Origin: a virus
Virus record (IMG/VR): IMGVR_UViG_3300009104_000008
Location: 23,385-87,384 of that record
Length of the DNA stretch: 64,000 nt
Strand: one strand, 5' to 3'
A model generated the notes under the pieces. That model searched no databases, was not told the DNA's origin, and saw only the letters and a program-made list of their open reading frames with translations. Of the stretch, positions 19,874 through 27,710 are shown one piece after another. The position numbers and the translations under genes were made by a program. The stretch's first letter is position 1; each line of letters starts with the position of its first letter.

Positions 19874-20137
19874 CTAATCATTATTATTCAATATATTCCT
19901 AGCCGTCTGACAGCAAAATCTAATTTTTTGAGTTGATTGTAATGTCCAAAAAGAATCTTTTTCTAATTTAAATTTATTTTCAATATGATTACATAATTCA
20001 TATCTACTCATTAATTCAAAATCATCATCTATTTTTAATCCTAAAATTGGACCTACTTCATGTTCTATTCTTTTATCCAGCCAAACATAAGTATTACCCA
20101 TAAACGAGATTAACTTTTTAATTAACCATTGTTTCAT
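19874..20137 (-). CDS. Hypothetical protein
   Basis: ATGA-coupled ORF. Confidence 0.6.
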   Translation of the reverse strand: MKQWLIKKLISFMGNTYVWLDKRIEHEVGPILGLKIDDDFELMSRYELCNHIENKFKLEKDSFWTLQSTQKIRFCCQTARNILNNND

Positions 20138-20535
20138 ATTAACCCTGCCTGTCTTTGAATATCTTTATTCTCAATCATTTTTTTGAATATTATTACTTGC
20201 ACATTATACATTGCAATCCTATTAATCATAGTTTCAGTGTTTGCTATTTGATAATATTCTTCTTTGTGTCTGCCCATATATTTATTGTCCGGTAATTCTA
20301 TTACTTGATACGCGTCTGGTAATTTAATGGGTTCTAAAGTGTCCGGTAGATTTTCATTATACTTTTCAACTAATTTAATTAAGTATTTTTTATGATTATC
20401 TAATTGGTCATGAATATGGGCTATTAATTTCTTTTCTGAACTTACTGTATATTGGTTCATCAATTTGCTGCGGGCTATTAATTCCCTAAATGGAAGTGCA
20501 TCAACATCTTCTTTAAAAACATTAAACCACTTCAT
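20134..20535 (-). CDS. W-motif hypothetical protein (MKWFNVFKE)
   Basis: GGGGGA RBS before ATG 20535. Confidence 0.65.
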   Translation of the reverse strand: MKWFNVFKEDVDALPFRELIARSKLMNQYTVSSEKKLIAHIHDQLDNHKKYLIKLVEKYNENLPDTLEPIKLPDAYQVIELPDNKYMGRHKEEYYQIANTETMINRIAMYNVQVIIFKKMIENKDIQRQAGLI

Positions 20536-20577
20536 ACTTAATCCCCCATGTAAATGTAAATCCACCAATTTAAATAA

Positions 20578-20727
20578 TCATTCGCCACTATTCCAATACC
20601 ATTCATAAAGCGCATCAATAATTTCTTTAGTTTCATTTCTATAATCACGCCAAATCTTCTTCTTTTTCTTTAATAATTTATATCCTTCTATTTGCGCTTT
20701 CCAATACTCATCCATTTGACTAGTCAT
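20578..20727 (-). CDS. Small hypothetical protein (49 aa)
   Basis: MTSQMDEYWKAQ...; first ORF of the leftward head block. Confidence 0.45.
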   Translation of the reverse strand: MTSQMDEYWKAQIEGYKLLKKKKKIWRDYRNETKEIIDALYEWYWNSGE

Positions 20728-21243
20728 TCTTCCCAATTCCATTAATTATCCAAATTATCGGTTTGGGTAACATTAATAGAAATGTCCGACTTATCATAAA
20801 ATACCCCATATAATTTTTACTATTGAATTTAAAGAAAAAGTCTCAAAAAATGGGCTGTAATTTATTTGGCACTTGCGAAATTTTTATTTTTAGTTTAATT
20901 GCATTACCAGAATAAAAATAGTCTTTCAGTTTTATATACATAATAACATCATAATAGAATCATATTAGGCGAAAAAAACAAGTTTTTTTCTTTGGCTTAT
21001 TTATATTTAATTAGAATATTTATGTAGTCTATATGAGCCAATAATACATATCTACAGCCGTCTAATCTTGGGATATATTAGAGGAACATAAAGGTAATCT
21101 TCAAGAGGATTAAATTTTATGCCCACAACACATAAAAAGAAATTAATTTAATTGTTTTAATAAATCAAATAAAAAAAATTTGTTCCCCTGCTACGCACCC
21201 ATTCCCCAGTTACTCCCATATGATAGGATAATTGTATTATCAC

Positions 21244-21285
21244 ACCATATGGTTGGTGCTTTGCTACCACCCCATTTTAATTAAA
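21244..21285 (+). promoter_or_regulatory. Copy of repeated promoter-like element ACCATATGGT-N5-CTTTG-N5-ACCC-TATA-like
   Basis: Matches copies at 23867, 24574, 24837. Confidence 0.55.
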
Positions 21286-21294
21286 TGAAAATTC

Positions 21295-21360
21295 GTGAGC
21301 AGGGGCGATAAGCATACTAAAAGCCTACTAAAGGCCTATTTCGCGCTTGTTTCACTTATC
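21295..21360 (+). ncRNA. Candidate small structured RNA
   Basis: GTGAGCAGGGGCGA pairs with TCGCGCTTGTTTCAC; loop has tandem GCNTACTAAA; lies just downstream of the promoter element. Confidence 0.3.
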
Positions 21361-21411
21361 GTCTTACTCAGTCATTTCCGTATGGTGGCAGCCATGCTTC
21401 ATATTGGAATC

Positions 21412-21636
21412 TTATTCTTCTTCTTGTATAGGATGCCCATTTTCATCAACTATTTCTATGGTATCTATCTCAACAACATCACCATACTCACTATCTAACA
21501 CATCTATCCATTCAATATCCATTTCATGTAAATCGTCAATAGTTAATGTAAGAGGGTCTTTATCAGTCTTTAAAACTACAAACCGCTTATTCCATATTAT
21601 TTGCTTTTCCCAGAAAGTTAAATGATATTCTTTCAT
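21412..21636 (-). CDS. Small acidic hypothetical protein
   Basis: GGAGATGA RBS, ATGA coupling. Confidence 0.65.
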   Translation of the reverse strand: MKEYHLTFWEKQIIWNKRFVVLKTDKDPLTLTIDDLHEMDIEWIDVLDSEYGDVVEIDTIEIVDENGHPIQEEE

Positions 21637-21773
21637 TCTTCTTCATCTCCAAATATAAATCTATATAATTCATCTACAAATGTGTCATCAAACATATGAA
21701 TTGCAATATGTTGTTGTATTCTATATATTTTCCACTCAGATTCTTCCCATTCTTCATAATTTTCGTCTTTCAT
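21633..21773 (-). CDS. Small hypothetical protein (46 aa, ends FGDEEE)
   Basis: Fills the gap exactly with ATGA overlaps at both ends. Confidence 0.6.
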   Translation of the reverse strand: MKDENYEEWEESEWKIYRIQQHIAIHMFDDTFVDELYRFIFGDEEE

Positions 21774-22036
21774 TCTTCTTCCTCTTGTAGCATCTCTATC
21801 AATTGGTCGCGTGTAAATTGGGCATTACAAGTTTGACAATAATAACCTGTGATTTCGCCATCAATAGCATCAACAGTTCCAAACTCCCATTCATATTCAA
21901 TATTCCCATCAACTAAATATGAATATGGAAATATCTCTGTATTACAGTATTGAGTTTCTAAAGCCACTATGCGACATATATCACCATCATTCTTATTTTC
22001 TCCACATTCAAACTCTAATGGTTTAACTTTACTCAT
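21770..22036 (-). CDS. Small Cys-containing hypothetical protein
   Basis: CQTC; in operon. Confidence 0.6.
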   Translation of the reverse strand: MSKVKPLEFECGENKNDGDICRIVALETQYCNTEIFPYSYLVDGNIEYEWEFGTVDAIDGEITGYYCQTCNAQFTRDQLIEMLQEEEE

Positions 22037-22220
22037 TATTTCCTCTCCTTTTTATTTGAATAGTTTCTATAAATTTACTTCTATTGTAATTAGGATTAGA
22101 CCCTACTAATAGTTTAGATAAGTTATACACTTGATGATTAGTTAATTCCAAATCAACACACATATCAACTAACCATTCATAATGCCTTCTTGTAAATAAA
22201 TTACTCTTGTATTCTCTCAT
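22029..22220 (-). CDS. Small hypothetical protein
   Basis: In-operon ORF (FTRRHYE...NPNYNRSKF). Confidence 0.6.
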   Translation of the reverse strand: MREYKSNLFTRRHYEWLVDMCVDLELTNHQVYNLSKLLVGSNPNYNRSKFIETIQIKRRGNNE

Positions 22221-22405
22221 TCTATCACATCATATCCATTTAACTTTAAACAACCTTCACAACATTCAGTTGTATCGGGATGGCAATTATGACCTTCTAT
22301 TGTTTTAAACATCTTTTTATCCTCCAATCTGCATTGTTTTAAATGCTCTCTCCACGCTATTATTTCCAAATGAATGCTCATTTCATAATCACCCATCTGC
22401 AACAA
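22217..22405 (-). CDS. Small Cys-rich hypothetical protein
   Basis: In-operon ORF; probable start at MSIH after GGTGA. Confidence 0.55.
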   Translation of the reverse strand: MLQMGDYEMSIHLEIIAWREHLKQCRLEDKKMFKTIEGHNCHPDTTECCEGCLKLNGYDVIE

Positions 22406-22565
22406 TCTTCGGTTTTAATTCGTAATTCTGTTATTTTCATTCCACAGTTTTCACACTTCATATTATTCACCTCTTAATTCCACATGATGTGGGTTCTCAT
22501 AATATTGTTTAATTAAATATTTCCAATAACAATTAATGCACATATCTTTATGATAAATTTCTTTA

Positions 22566-22898
22566 TCACACTTGCACATCAAATACACGCCCCAAATAAC
22601 CATCACTAAAACAATTATCACATATGGGGGTATCATATTCTGGCCATGCAGGATTAGCCCCATTCCAATTATCTACATAAATCAATTTATTACATTGACC
22701 GCATCTAAATCTAACTCTATCATTCATAATAGTTAGACATTGAGTAATATAAAACTTAGCAGGGGCATAATCTCTAACATCAATTAAAGCATAACCCCGT
22801 TCTGAATTATCGGGAACTTTCAAAAGATACATTCCTATCTTATAACTTCCCACACCATCTTTATCTAATAAATTAAACATACCATATTTAGCCATCAA
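22566..22898 (-). CDS. Zinc-finger hypothetical protein
   Basis: CGQC...CDNC. Confidence 0.6.
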   Translation of the reverse strand: MMAKYGMFNLLDKDGVGSYKIGMYLLKVPDNSERGYALIDVRDYAPAKFYITQCLTIMNDRVRFRCGQCNKLIYVDNWNGANPAWPEYDTPICDNCFSDGYLGRVFDVQV

Positions 22899-23098
22899 AG
22901 CATCTCCGGCAAATTAAGTTGTTTTATGATTGGTTCAATATCACGCATTACAATAAGAGTTGCATCATTTAACTCATCGGTGCAATCTGCTCTTATTTTA
23001 ACGCTCTTAACAATCCAAACATGATAAGAACCAGATTTTGATTGCCCGAATTCAACTGTATATCTAAAATTATCTTCTTTAACTTCTATATTGTTCAT
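22895..23098 (-). CDS. Small hypothetical protein
   Basis: GGAGGT RBS, ATGA coupling. Confidence 0.6.
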   Translation of the reverse strand: MNNIEVKEDNFRYTVEFGQSKSGSYHVWIVKSVKIRADCTDELNDATLIVMRDIEPIIKQLNLPEML

Positions 23099-23817
23099 TC
23101 CATTACCTCCGTTATTCTATGTAATGTAGCATCTGCAATATCTTGAGAACAAGCCTGAGATGTATGATTCATACACTCAAACCTACAATCTAATACAGGC
23201 TCATTAACTATAATATCATATTTTAACAATGAATCAACAAGAACCTGTTGAATATGTGCTATCTCAGAAATAAAATAATCATTCATTCTGCTTTCTATTT
23301 CTTTAGGTGCTCTTTTCTCATCAGTAGTCCATTCAACCTTATAATTAATAGTTAATTCGTTGCGCCAACTATAGGTGGTTAAATATACATTAAGAACCAT
23401 ATCTTCCCCTACAATAGTATAATGTGTAAGTTCATCACTATCTGTAAGATATAATGAAGCCAAAGAAGGAATTTCATTTTCAACTATCTTTGTCTTTTCT
23501 TCAACTCTTTCAACCACTTCATGAATAAAACCGTTGTTAGTTAATTGCTCAGATATATTTCCTGCCTCATATTCATAAGATGTTGAAAACATTTCATCTC
23601 CCTCTTCATTAGTGGATAAAGAGTCTTTTATGAAAAAAACATAATGCGACTTTAATTGCTGTTCTGTAGTAGGCACATAATAATCCTCTTTCTCACAATT
23701 CTTAAATTCACCCAAAAAGAAATCTTGTTTTTGCATTTCAATAAAGAAATCTCTTATTTTCTCTTCTTCTTTTATTGGGAATTCAATGCTTATGCTTCTT
23801 TCATATCTCAAACTCAT
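23095..23817 (-). CDS. Hypothetical protein (240 aa), probably leaderless first gene of an early operon
   Basis: ATG about 25 nt after the TATA-like part of the promoter element; no RBS. Confidence 0.75.
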   Translation of the reverse strand: MSLRYERSISIEFPIKEEEKIRDFFIEMQKQDFFLGEFKNCEKEDYYVPTTEQQLKSHYVFFIKDSLSTNEEGDEMFSTSYEYEAGNISEQLTNNGFIHEVVERVEEKTKIVENEIPSLASLYLTDSDELTHYTIVGEDMVLNVYLTTYSWRNELTINYKVEWTTDEKRAPKEIESRMNDYFISEIAHIQQVLVDSLLKYDIIVNEPVLDCRFECMNHTSQACSQDIADATLHRITEVME

Positions 23818-23835
23818 ATACTACACCAACAACGA

Positions 23836-23876
23836 TAGGGGTTATCAAGGGTAATAGCAAAGCATTACCATATGGT
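23836..23876 (-). promoter_or_regulatory. Repeated promoter element (ACCATATGGT...CTTTG...ACCCTTGATAACCCC)
   Basis: Palindrome 23867-23876, CAAAG 23858-23862. Confidence 0.65.
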
Positions 23877-23924
23877 TGGATAATGGAACTTTGTGAATGC
23901 TTAAACCCCAATATGGCCCAGAAG

Positions 23925-23954
23925 GGCCAATTGAGGCGTAGGCGGGGAAATCAC
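23925..23954. repeat. Inverted-repeat arm (3' UTR of gene 23957-24484), complementary to 24511-24537
   Basis: Perfect core GTAGGCGGGGAA (23938-23949) vs TTCCCCGCCTAC (24515-24526). Confidence 0.8.
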
Positions 23955-23956
23955 GC

Positions 23957-24484
23957 TTATTCGGAATCCTCCGAATCTGCCGATGGTTGGGTTAGAACAA
24001 CGGGTAATTCTCCATCCCACCAATACTCGGCTTCTGTGTCGTTTGCGGCCATAGATGAATAGGCCTTCTTGAGTCTTGCATTTACAGGCTTTGAAACTGC
24101 TTCGCCATATTCGGAAGCATCCTCATAAAGACCGCCACCACTGCGCCCATGTCGGGTCATCAGTGAAGCGACTATCTCATTATCGCTGTATGTTGCGACC
24201 ATTACCGCATTTAGGTCTTGAGTCGCACTGTCTGCATTTGCTACAACTTGTGCTGGTAGGCTTGAAGTCTTGCCCTTTCGGAAGGGTGCGCCCTCAATAC
24301 CAGCGAAACAAGCCCTAATAGCGTCATACATTGACTGTGCTGATTCATCGCTTGTGCGACCAATAGTCAGCAGTTGGCTCAATACCGCCAACTTAGGGTA
24401 TTCTGTCGAGTAGTCTGGATTAACATTCATCCAAGCCTCGATTTCTTCTGCTTTGTTATCAAATTTCACTCTAATATCTGTCAT
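23957..24484 (-). CDS. Hypothetical protein, paralogue A of divergent pair
   Basis: Shares AI....G.P[FW]RKG, T.HGRS, Y.D...YG, WDG and acidic tail with 24941-25444. Confidence 0.85.
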   Translation of the reverse strand: MTDIRVKFDNKAEEIEAWMNVNPDYSTEYPKLAVLSQLLTIGRTSDESAQSMYDAIRACFAGIEGAPFRKGKTSSLPAQVVANADSATQDLNAVMVATYSDNEIVASLMTRHGRSGGGLYEDASEYGEAVSKPVNARLKKAYSSMAANDTEAEYWWDGELPVVLTQPSADSEDSE

Positions 24485-24510
24485 ATTTCTTCTCTCCTTA
24501 TCTCCCGTAG

Positions 24511-24537
24511 GTTATTCCCCGCCTACATCTAATGGCC
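24511..24537. repeat. Inverted-repeat arm (5' UTR of gene 23957-24484)
   Basis: Complementary to 23925-23954. Confidence 0.8.
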
Positions 24538-24540
24538 GAG

Positions 24541-24583
24541 TATAGGGGTTATAGGGTGTTACTCAAAGTTCACACCATATGGT
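24541..24583 (-). promoter_or_regulatory. Repeated promoter element upstream of paralogue A
   Basis: ACCATATGGT 24574-24583, CAAAG 24564-24568, ACCCTATAACCCC on minus strand. Confidence 0.65.
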
Positions 24584-24629
24584 AGTAATTGGTTTAATTA
24601 GATTAATTTAATTATTATGTCTAACTTTT

Positions 24630-24700
24630 GCAGTCGGGCAGGAAGCAGATAAGGTATGACAACAGGAGATTACAATGTTGCTATTGGTTATGATGCTGGA
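24630..24700 (+). pseudogene. Short remnant of a tail-fibre repeat unit (AVGQEA/MTTGDYNVAIGYDAG)
   Basis: 30/38 nt identical to fibre segment 62649-62686, mismatches mostly third-position; frameshifted. Confidence 0.5.
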
Positions 24701-24836
24701 ATTGCATATATTTGCAGTGTAGAAATTGCACTAAGAATAATAACTTGGATTTTCAATATGTTAGCGTCATCCGTCAATGAAAAACGCTACTTTCTTTTGA
24801 ATACCACTTTTCCACTTTTCCAATGTTTCCAACCCT

Positions 24837-24875
24837 ATCATATGGTTCGACTTTGTTCCGAACCCTTCATATAGG
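24837..24875 (+). promoter_or_regulatory. Repeated promoter element upstream of paralogue B
   Basis: ATCATATGGT-N4-CTTTG-N6-ACCCTTCATATA. Confidence 0.65.
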
Positions 24876-24893
24876 CTTACTCGATGGGATATA

Positions 24894-24921
24894 TTGCCCC
24901 TACAAGGCGACAGATAACTCA
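24894..24921. repeat. Inverted-repeat arm (5' UTR of gene 24941-25444)
   Basis: TTGCCCCTACAAGG perfectly complementary to CCTTGTAGGGGCAA (25454-25467); extends imperfectly inward. Confidence 0.85.
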
Positions 24922-24940
24922 GTTATCAGAGGTAATTATT

Positions 24941-25444
24941 ATGGCAGAAAGTTGGAATGATACACTATTAAAGGCACAACAAATGATTGACGCAGATGAG
25001 GCTGGAAACATCACTAATGATGTTAGACAGGCTTTTGAGATGCTAAGTAATGTTGGTAATCAACAGTATGAAGCAACAGGAGAAACACCTGAATCTATAC
25101 AAAAGGCGATTAAGGAGACATTAAGGAATTATCCCGGATATCCTTGGAGAAAGGGCGGTGGCGGCGTATTGCCAGCAACTGCACTTAGCGTTGTTGATTC
25201 ACTCGGCACAGATGCCGCCAATTCATTTGGTCGCGCATTCGATGAGTGTGGGGAGGGTATTCGTGCTTTCCTTACACCACACGGTCGTAGCAGTAAACAA
25301 TCCTATTCGGATGGTGCTGACTATGGAGCATATATTAGCAAGTCTATCAAAAAGACTGCAACAAGCCTATACAAGGCTGGAACATGGGATGGAACATTAG
25401 ACGGTCTATCCTCCGCTATTATGGAGGATGACGAATCAGAGTGA
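24941..25444 (+). CDS. Hypothetical protein, paralogue B of divergent pair
   Basis: GAGGT RBS before ATG 24941; motif identity with paralogue A. Confidence 0.85.
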   Translation: MAESWNDTLLKAQQMIDADEAGNITNDVRQAFEMLSNVGNQQYEATGETPESIQKAIKETLRNYPGYPWRKGGGGVLPATALSVVDSLGTDAANSFGRAFDECGEGIRAFLTPHGRSSKQSYSDGADYGAYISKSIKKTATSLYKAGTWDGTLDGLSSAIMEDDESE

Positions 25445-25467
25445 TTCTGTTGACCTTGTAGGGGCAA
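25439..25467. repeat. Inverted-repeat arm (3' end of gene 24941-25444) followed by T-tract
   Basis: Complementary to 24894-24921; CTCTTTTTATT follows. Confidence 0.85.
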
Positions 25468-25479
25468 CACACTCTTTTT

Positions 25480-26125
25480 ATTCAATTCATAATATAATCA
25501 AATTATGAGGTGTTTATATTTCAAAGCAATATAACACCATATGATTGTATTTACTTAAAATTAACATTAGGTCGGAGTCGCGGGAGCATCTTTTATAACC
25601 CCCTTCGTGAATCTTGTATTGTTAATCAATACCAACCAATTCCAAGAGAAGGTTTAATCAGAACATATCTTATAAGGTATCTTAATTATGTTTCTAAATT
25701 TCTCTTCCAAATTAACAGGTATTTCTAACACCTTCATTAACAGATGAATATCTATAAGATATTAATATGTATACCAATATCCTATATTGTATATCCTATA
25801 TATTATACTATAAGAACAATCAAATGTGGGTCAATATGCAACACTTCCAGTTTTCCAGTATCGTTGGAAAAGATAAAGTGAAGCAAAATGAACCACATAT
25901 AAAAGATATCTTATACAATATAATCATTATTCTAATTTCCAATTATTACAATACTATATACCCCTCCTTCTCTCTCCCTTCTCTCTCTCCCTATTCTCTA
26001 TGGGGTGGGCTGGAAAAGTCGGAATAGTGGAATAGACGAGAATCATGCTCAATATGAATCACATATACCATAATATGTATAACAAAATGAAGTTTCTAAC
26101 CGATTGGAAAGATAGCAGAAAAGTC
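25480..26125. other. AT-rich, probably non-coding region with TTCCA/TGGAA repeats and a polypyrimidine tract (candidate origin or control region)
   Basis: TTCCAGTTTTCCAG, TTGGAAAAG, TGGAAAAGTCGGAATAGTGGAA; CT tract 25961-25998; near strand switch. Confidence 0.35.
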
Positions 26126-26128
26126 GAG

Positions 26129-27064
26129 ATGGCTAAAATGACAGACAAAAAATATAAATTAACATTAGAAGAATTTAAGAGTATTCAACAGCGAAAAGCC
26201 AAAGGTAGTTCTTGGGCTGCTATTAGAGATGATATGTTTTACACATATACAGAAGGATATCTGATTACTATTTCAGATTTATCAAGACAATATTATCAAT
26301 TGAAATATAAACAAAATGACCCAGTTAAACCAACAAGAGGTCAATGGTCTATGTCTGAAACTCAAGCACTTATTGGTATGTTCAATACTGGAATACCCCG
26401 AAAACACATGATGGCGGCTCTTAATAGAACTTATGCTCAAGTAGCGTCTAAAATTGCTAATCTTAAGAAGGGTAATAAATTAGTTGGGAATGACATAAGA
26501 GAAAGGAACGCTAAGGAAGTAAGGGCATTACCTGCATCAACAATAGAAAAGAGGGCAATGATGTTTCATGGTCTATATTCAACAGTTCCAATTGGAAATG
26601 TAGATACTTTAAAAGAAAAATCTGAACAGGTTATAGCAGATGTAAAAGAAATGCTTAAAGAAACACCACCTGATGTAAATTTAGATGAAAAGAATAATCC
26701 ATTCCTTTACAATCTAATGAAACCAGAAATTCAAAATACTGAGGTAAAAACATCATTTAAACAAAGTAATCCTACAGTTGTAGATAACGAAGGTAATCAA
26801 TTGAATAAGGTTTCTCAAGATATTGTAGAACAATGTCAATATATTTGCGACCTATTATTATCAAAGAATAAACAATATGGTAATTCAGTATCAGAACCTG
26901 TAAGAATTTTCTCAAAGGCTGATACTAGTGAGCAAATCAAAGTTAGAATTGATGATAAGATTAGCAGGTTAATTAGGGGCGATGATTCCTTAGAACCTGA
27001 TGAAGATATAGTTGATGATTTAATCGGATATTTAATCTTATTAAAGATTCAAATGGATAAGTAA
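26129..27064 (+). CDS. Myb/HTH-like protein fused to DUF1599 (Nmad1-like) domain
   Basis: QWSMSETQALI...LNRT; C-terminal LLSKNKQYGNS...RIDDKISRL...DDLIGY; start uncertain. Confidence 0.65.
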   Translation: MAKMTDKKYKLTLEEFKSIQQRKAKGSSWAAIRDDMFYTYTEGYLITISDLSRQYYQLKYKQNDPVKPTRGQWSMSETQALIGMFNTGIPRKHMMAALNRTYAQVASKIANLKKGNKLVGNDIRERNAKEVRALPASTIEKRAMMFHGLYSTVPIGNVDTLKEKSEQVIADVKEMLKETPPDVNLDEKNNPFLYNLMKPEIQNTEVKTSFKQSNPTVVDNEGNQLNKVSQDIVEQCQYICDLLLSKNKQYGNSVSEPVRIFSKADTSEQIKVRIDDKISRLIRGDDSLEPDEDIVDDLIGYLILLKIQMDK

Positions 27065-27142
27065 CATTCACATGGTCTTAGAGTGGCCAAGACGCAACTA
27101 TGGCGTTTTTAAAGAAATTTTTAAACAGATTTAGGGGCAACT

Positions 27143-27280
27143 ATGTGGAATAGTAGGTTTATCAAACATAAAAAGATTCAAAGATATAAAAAAGAGGAAA
27201 AACGAAGGCCAATCGTTCTTAGGCAACTAAGGAGTATGAAGGTGAAGACTTTACTAATCCCTATCAAAGTTCCAATGTAA
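27143..27280 (+). CDS. Small basic hypothetical protein (45 aa)
   Basis: AGGGG RBS; MWNSRFIKHKK... Confidence 0.4.
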   Translation: MWNSRFIKHKKIQRYKKEEKRRPIVLRQLRSMKVKTLLIPIKVPM

Positions 27281-27623
27281 AGCGGTTACTATGGTATGGT
27301 ATGGCGACTCTAGGTTTATTAGAAAATCTCAATCCTCTAACCCAGATACGGGCATAGAACCGGAATCTTCCTACATCACACTTTAGTGGTTTTATCAAGT
27401 AATAAATGCAAACTCCTTCTTTAATTAGATAATTGGGCCTTTCTTCTCCAATGCATTTTTCCACATTACACTCAAAATACCACACGGGATTAATTTCCAC
27501 GCGGGTATACTGGGTAGAGTTTACCAAATAAAAAAGATAAATTACTTCATATTTTGTTAGGCATAATCATATAAATGGTAAGGGGATTACTCAAGTTCCT
27601 ATCTTTCTCTATCCGATTAATAA

Positions 27624-27710
27624 TGCGAGATACCCAAGTTTGGTCAAAGGGGCAGGACTTAAGATTCTGTGCGTAGTGCTTCGGGAGTTCAAATCTCCCT
27701 CTCGCAACCA
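27624..27710 (+). tRNA. tRNA-Leu(TAA), CCA encoded
   Basis: TGCGAGA/TCTCGCA acceptor stem, CAGGA-CTTAAGA-TTCTG anticodon arm, long variable arm, GGGAG-TTCAAAT-CTCCC T arm. Confidence 0.92.

Noticed and set aside
24656-24874. 72-aa ORF as a real gene
   Set aside because: Only the first 15 codons look like fibre repeat; the rest runs through promoter elements
23925-25467. Canonical bulge-helix-bulge splice motif or IS element in the panhandle arms
   Set aside because: Manual pairing gives single-nt bulges, not 3-4-3 BHB; no transposase motif or target duplication seen
25510-26128. ORFs 25510-25728, 25767-26027 and the 5' extension of 26045
   Set aside because: No RBS, atypical composition, overlap repeat-rich AT region
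27190-27370. RNase P RNA-like words (GAGGAAA, AAAGTTCC, AGAACCGG)
   Set aside because: P4 pairing cannot be built and the 5' part reads as a small ORF
27582-27600. tRNA-like start GGGGATTACTCAAGTT
   Set aside because: No anticodon arm, T arm or matching acceptor strand follows
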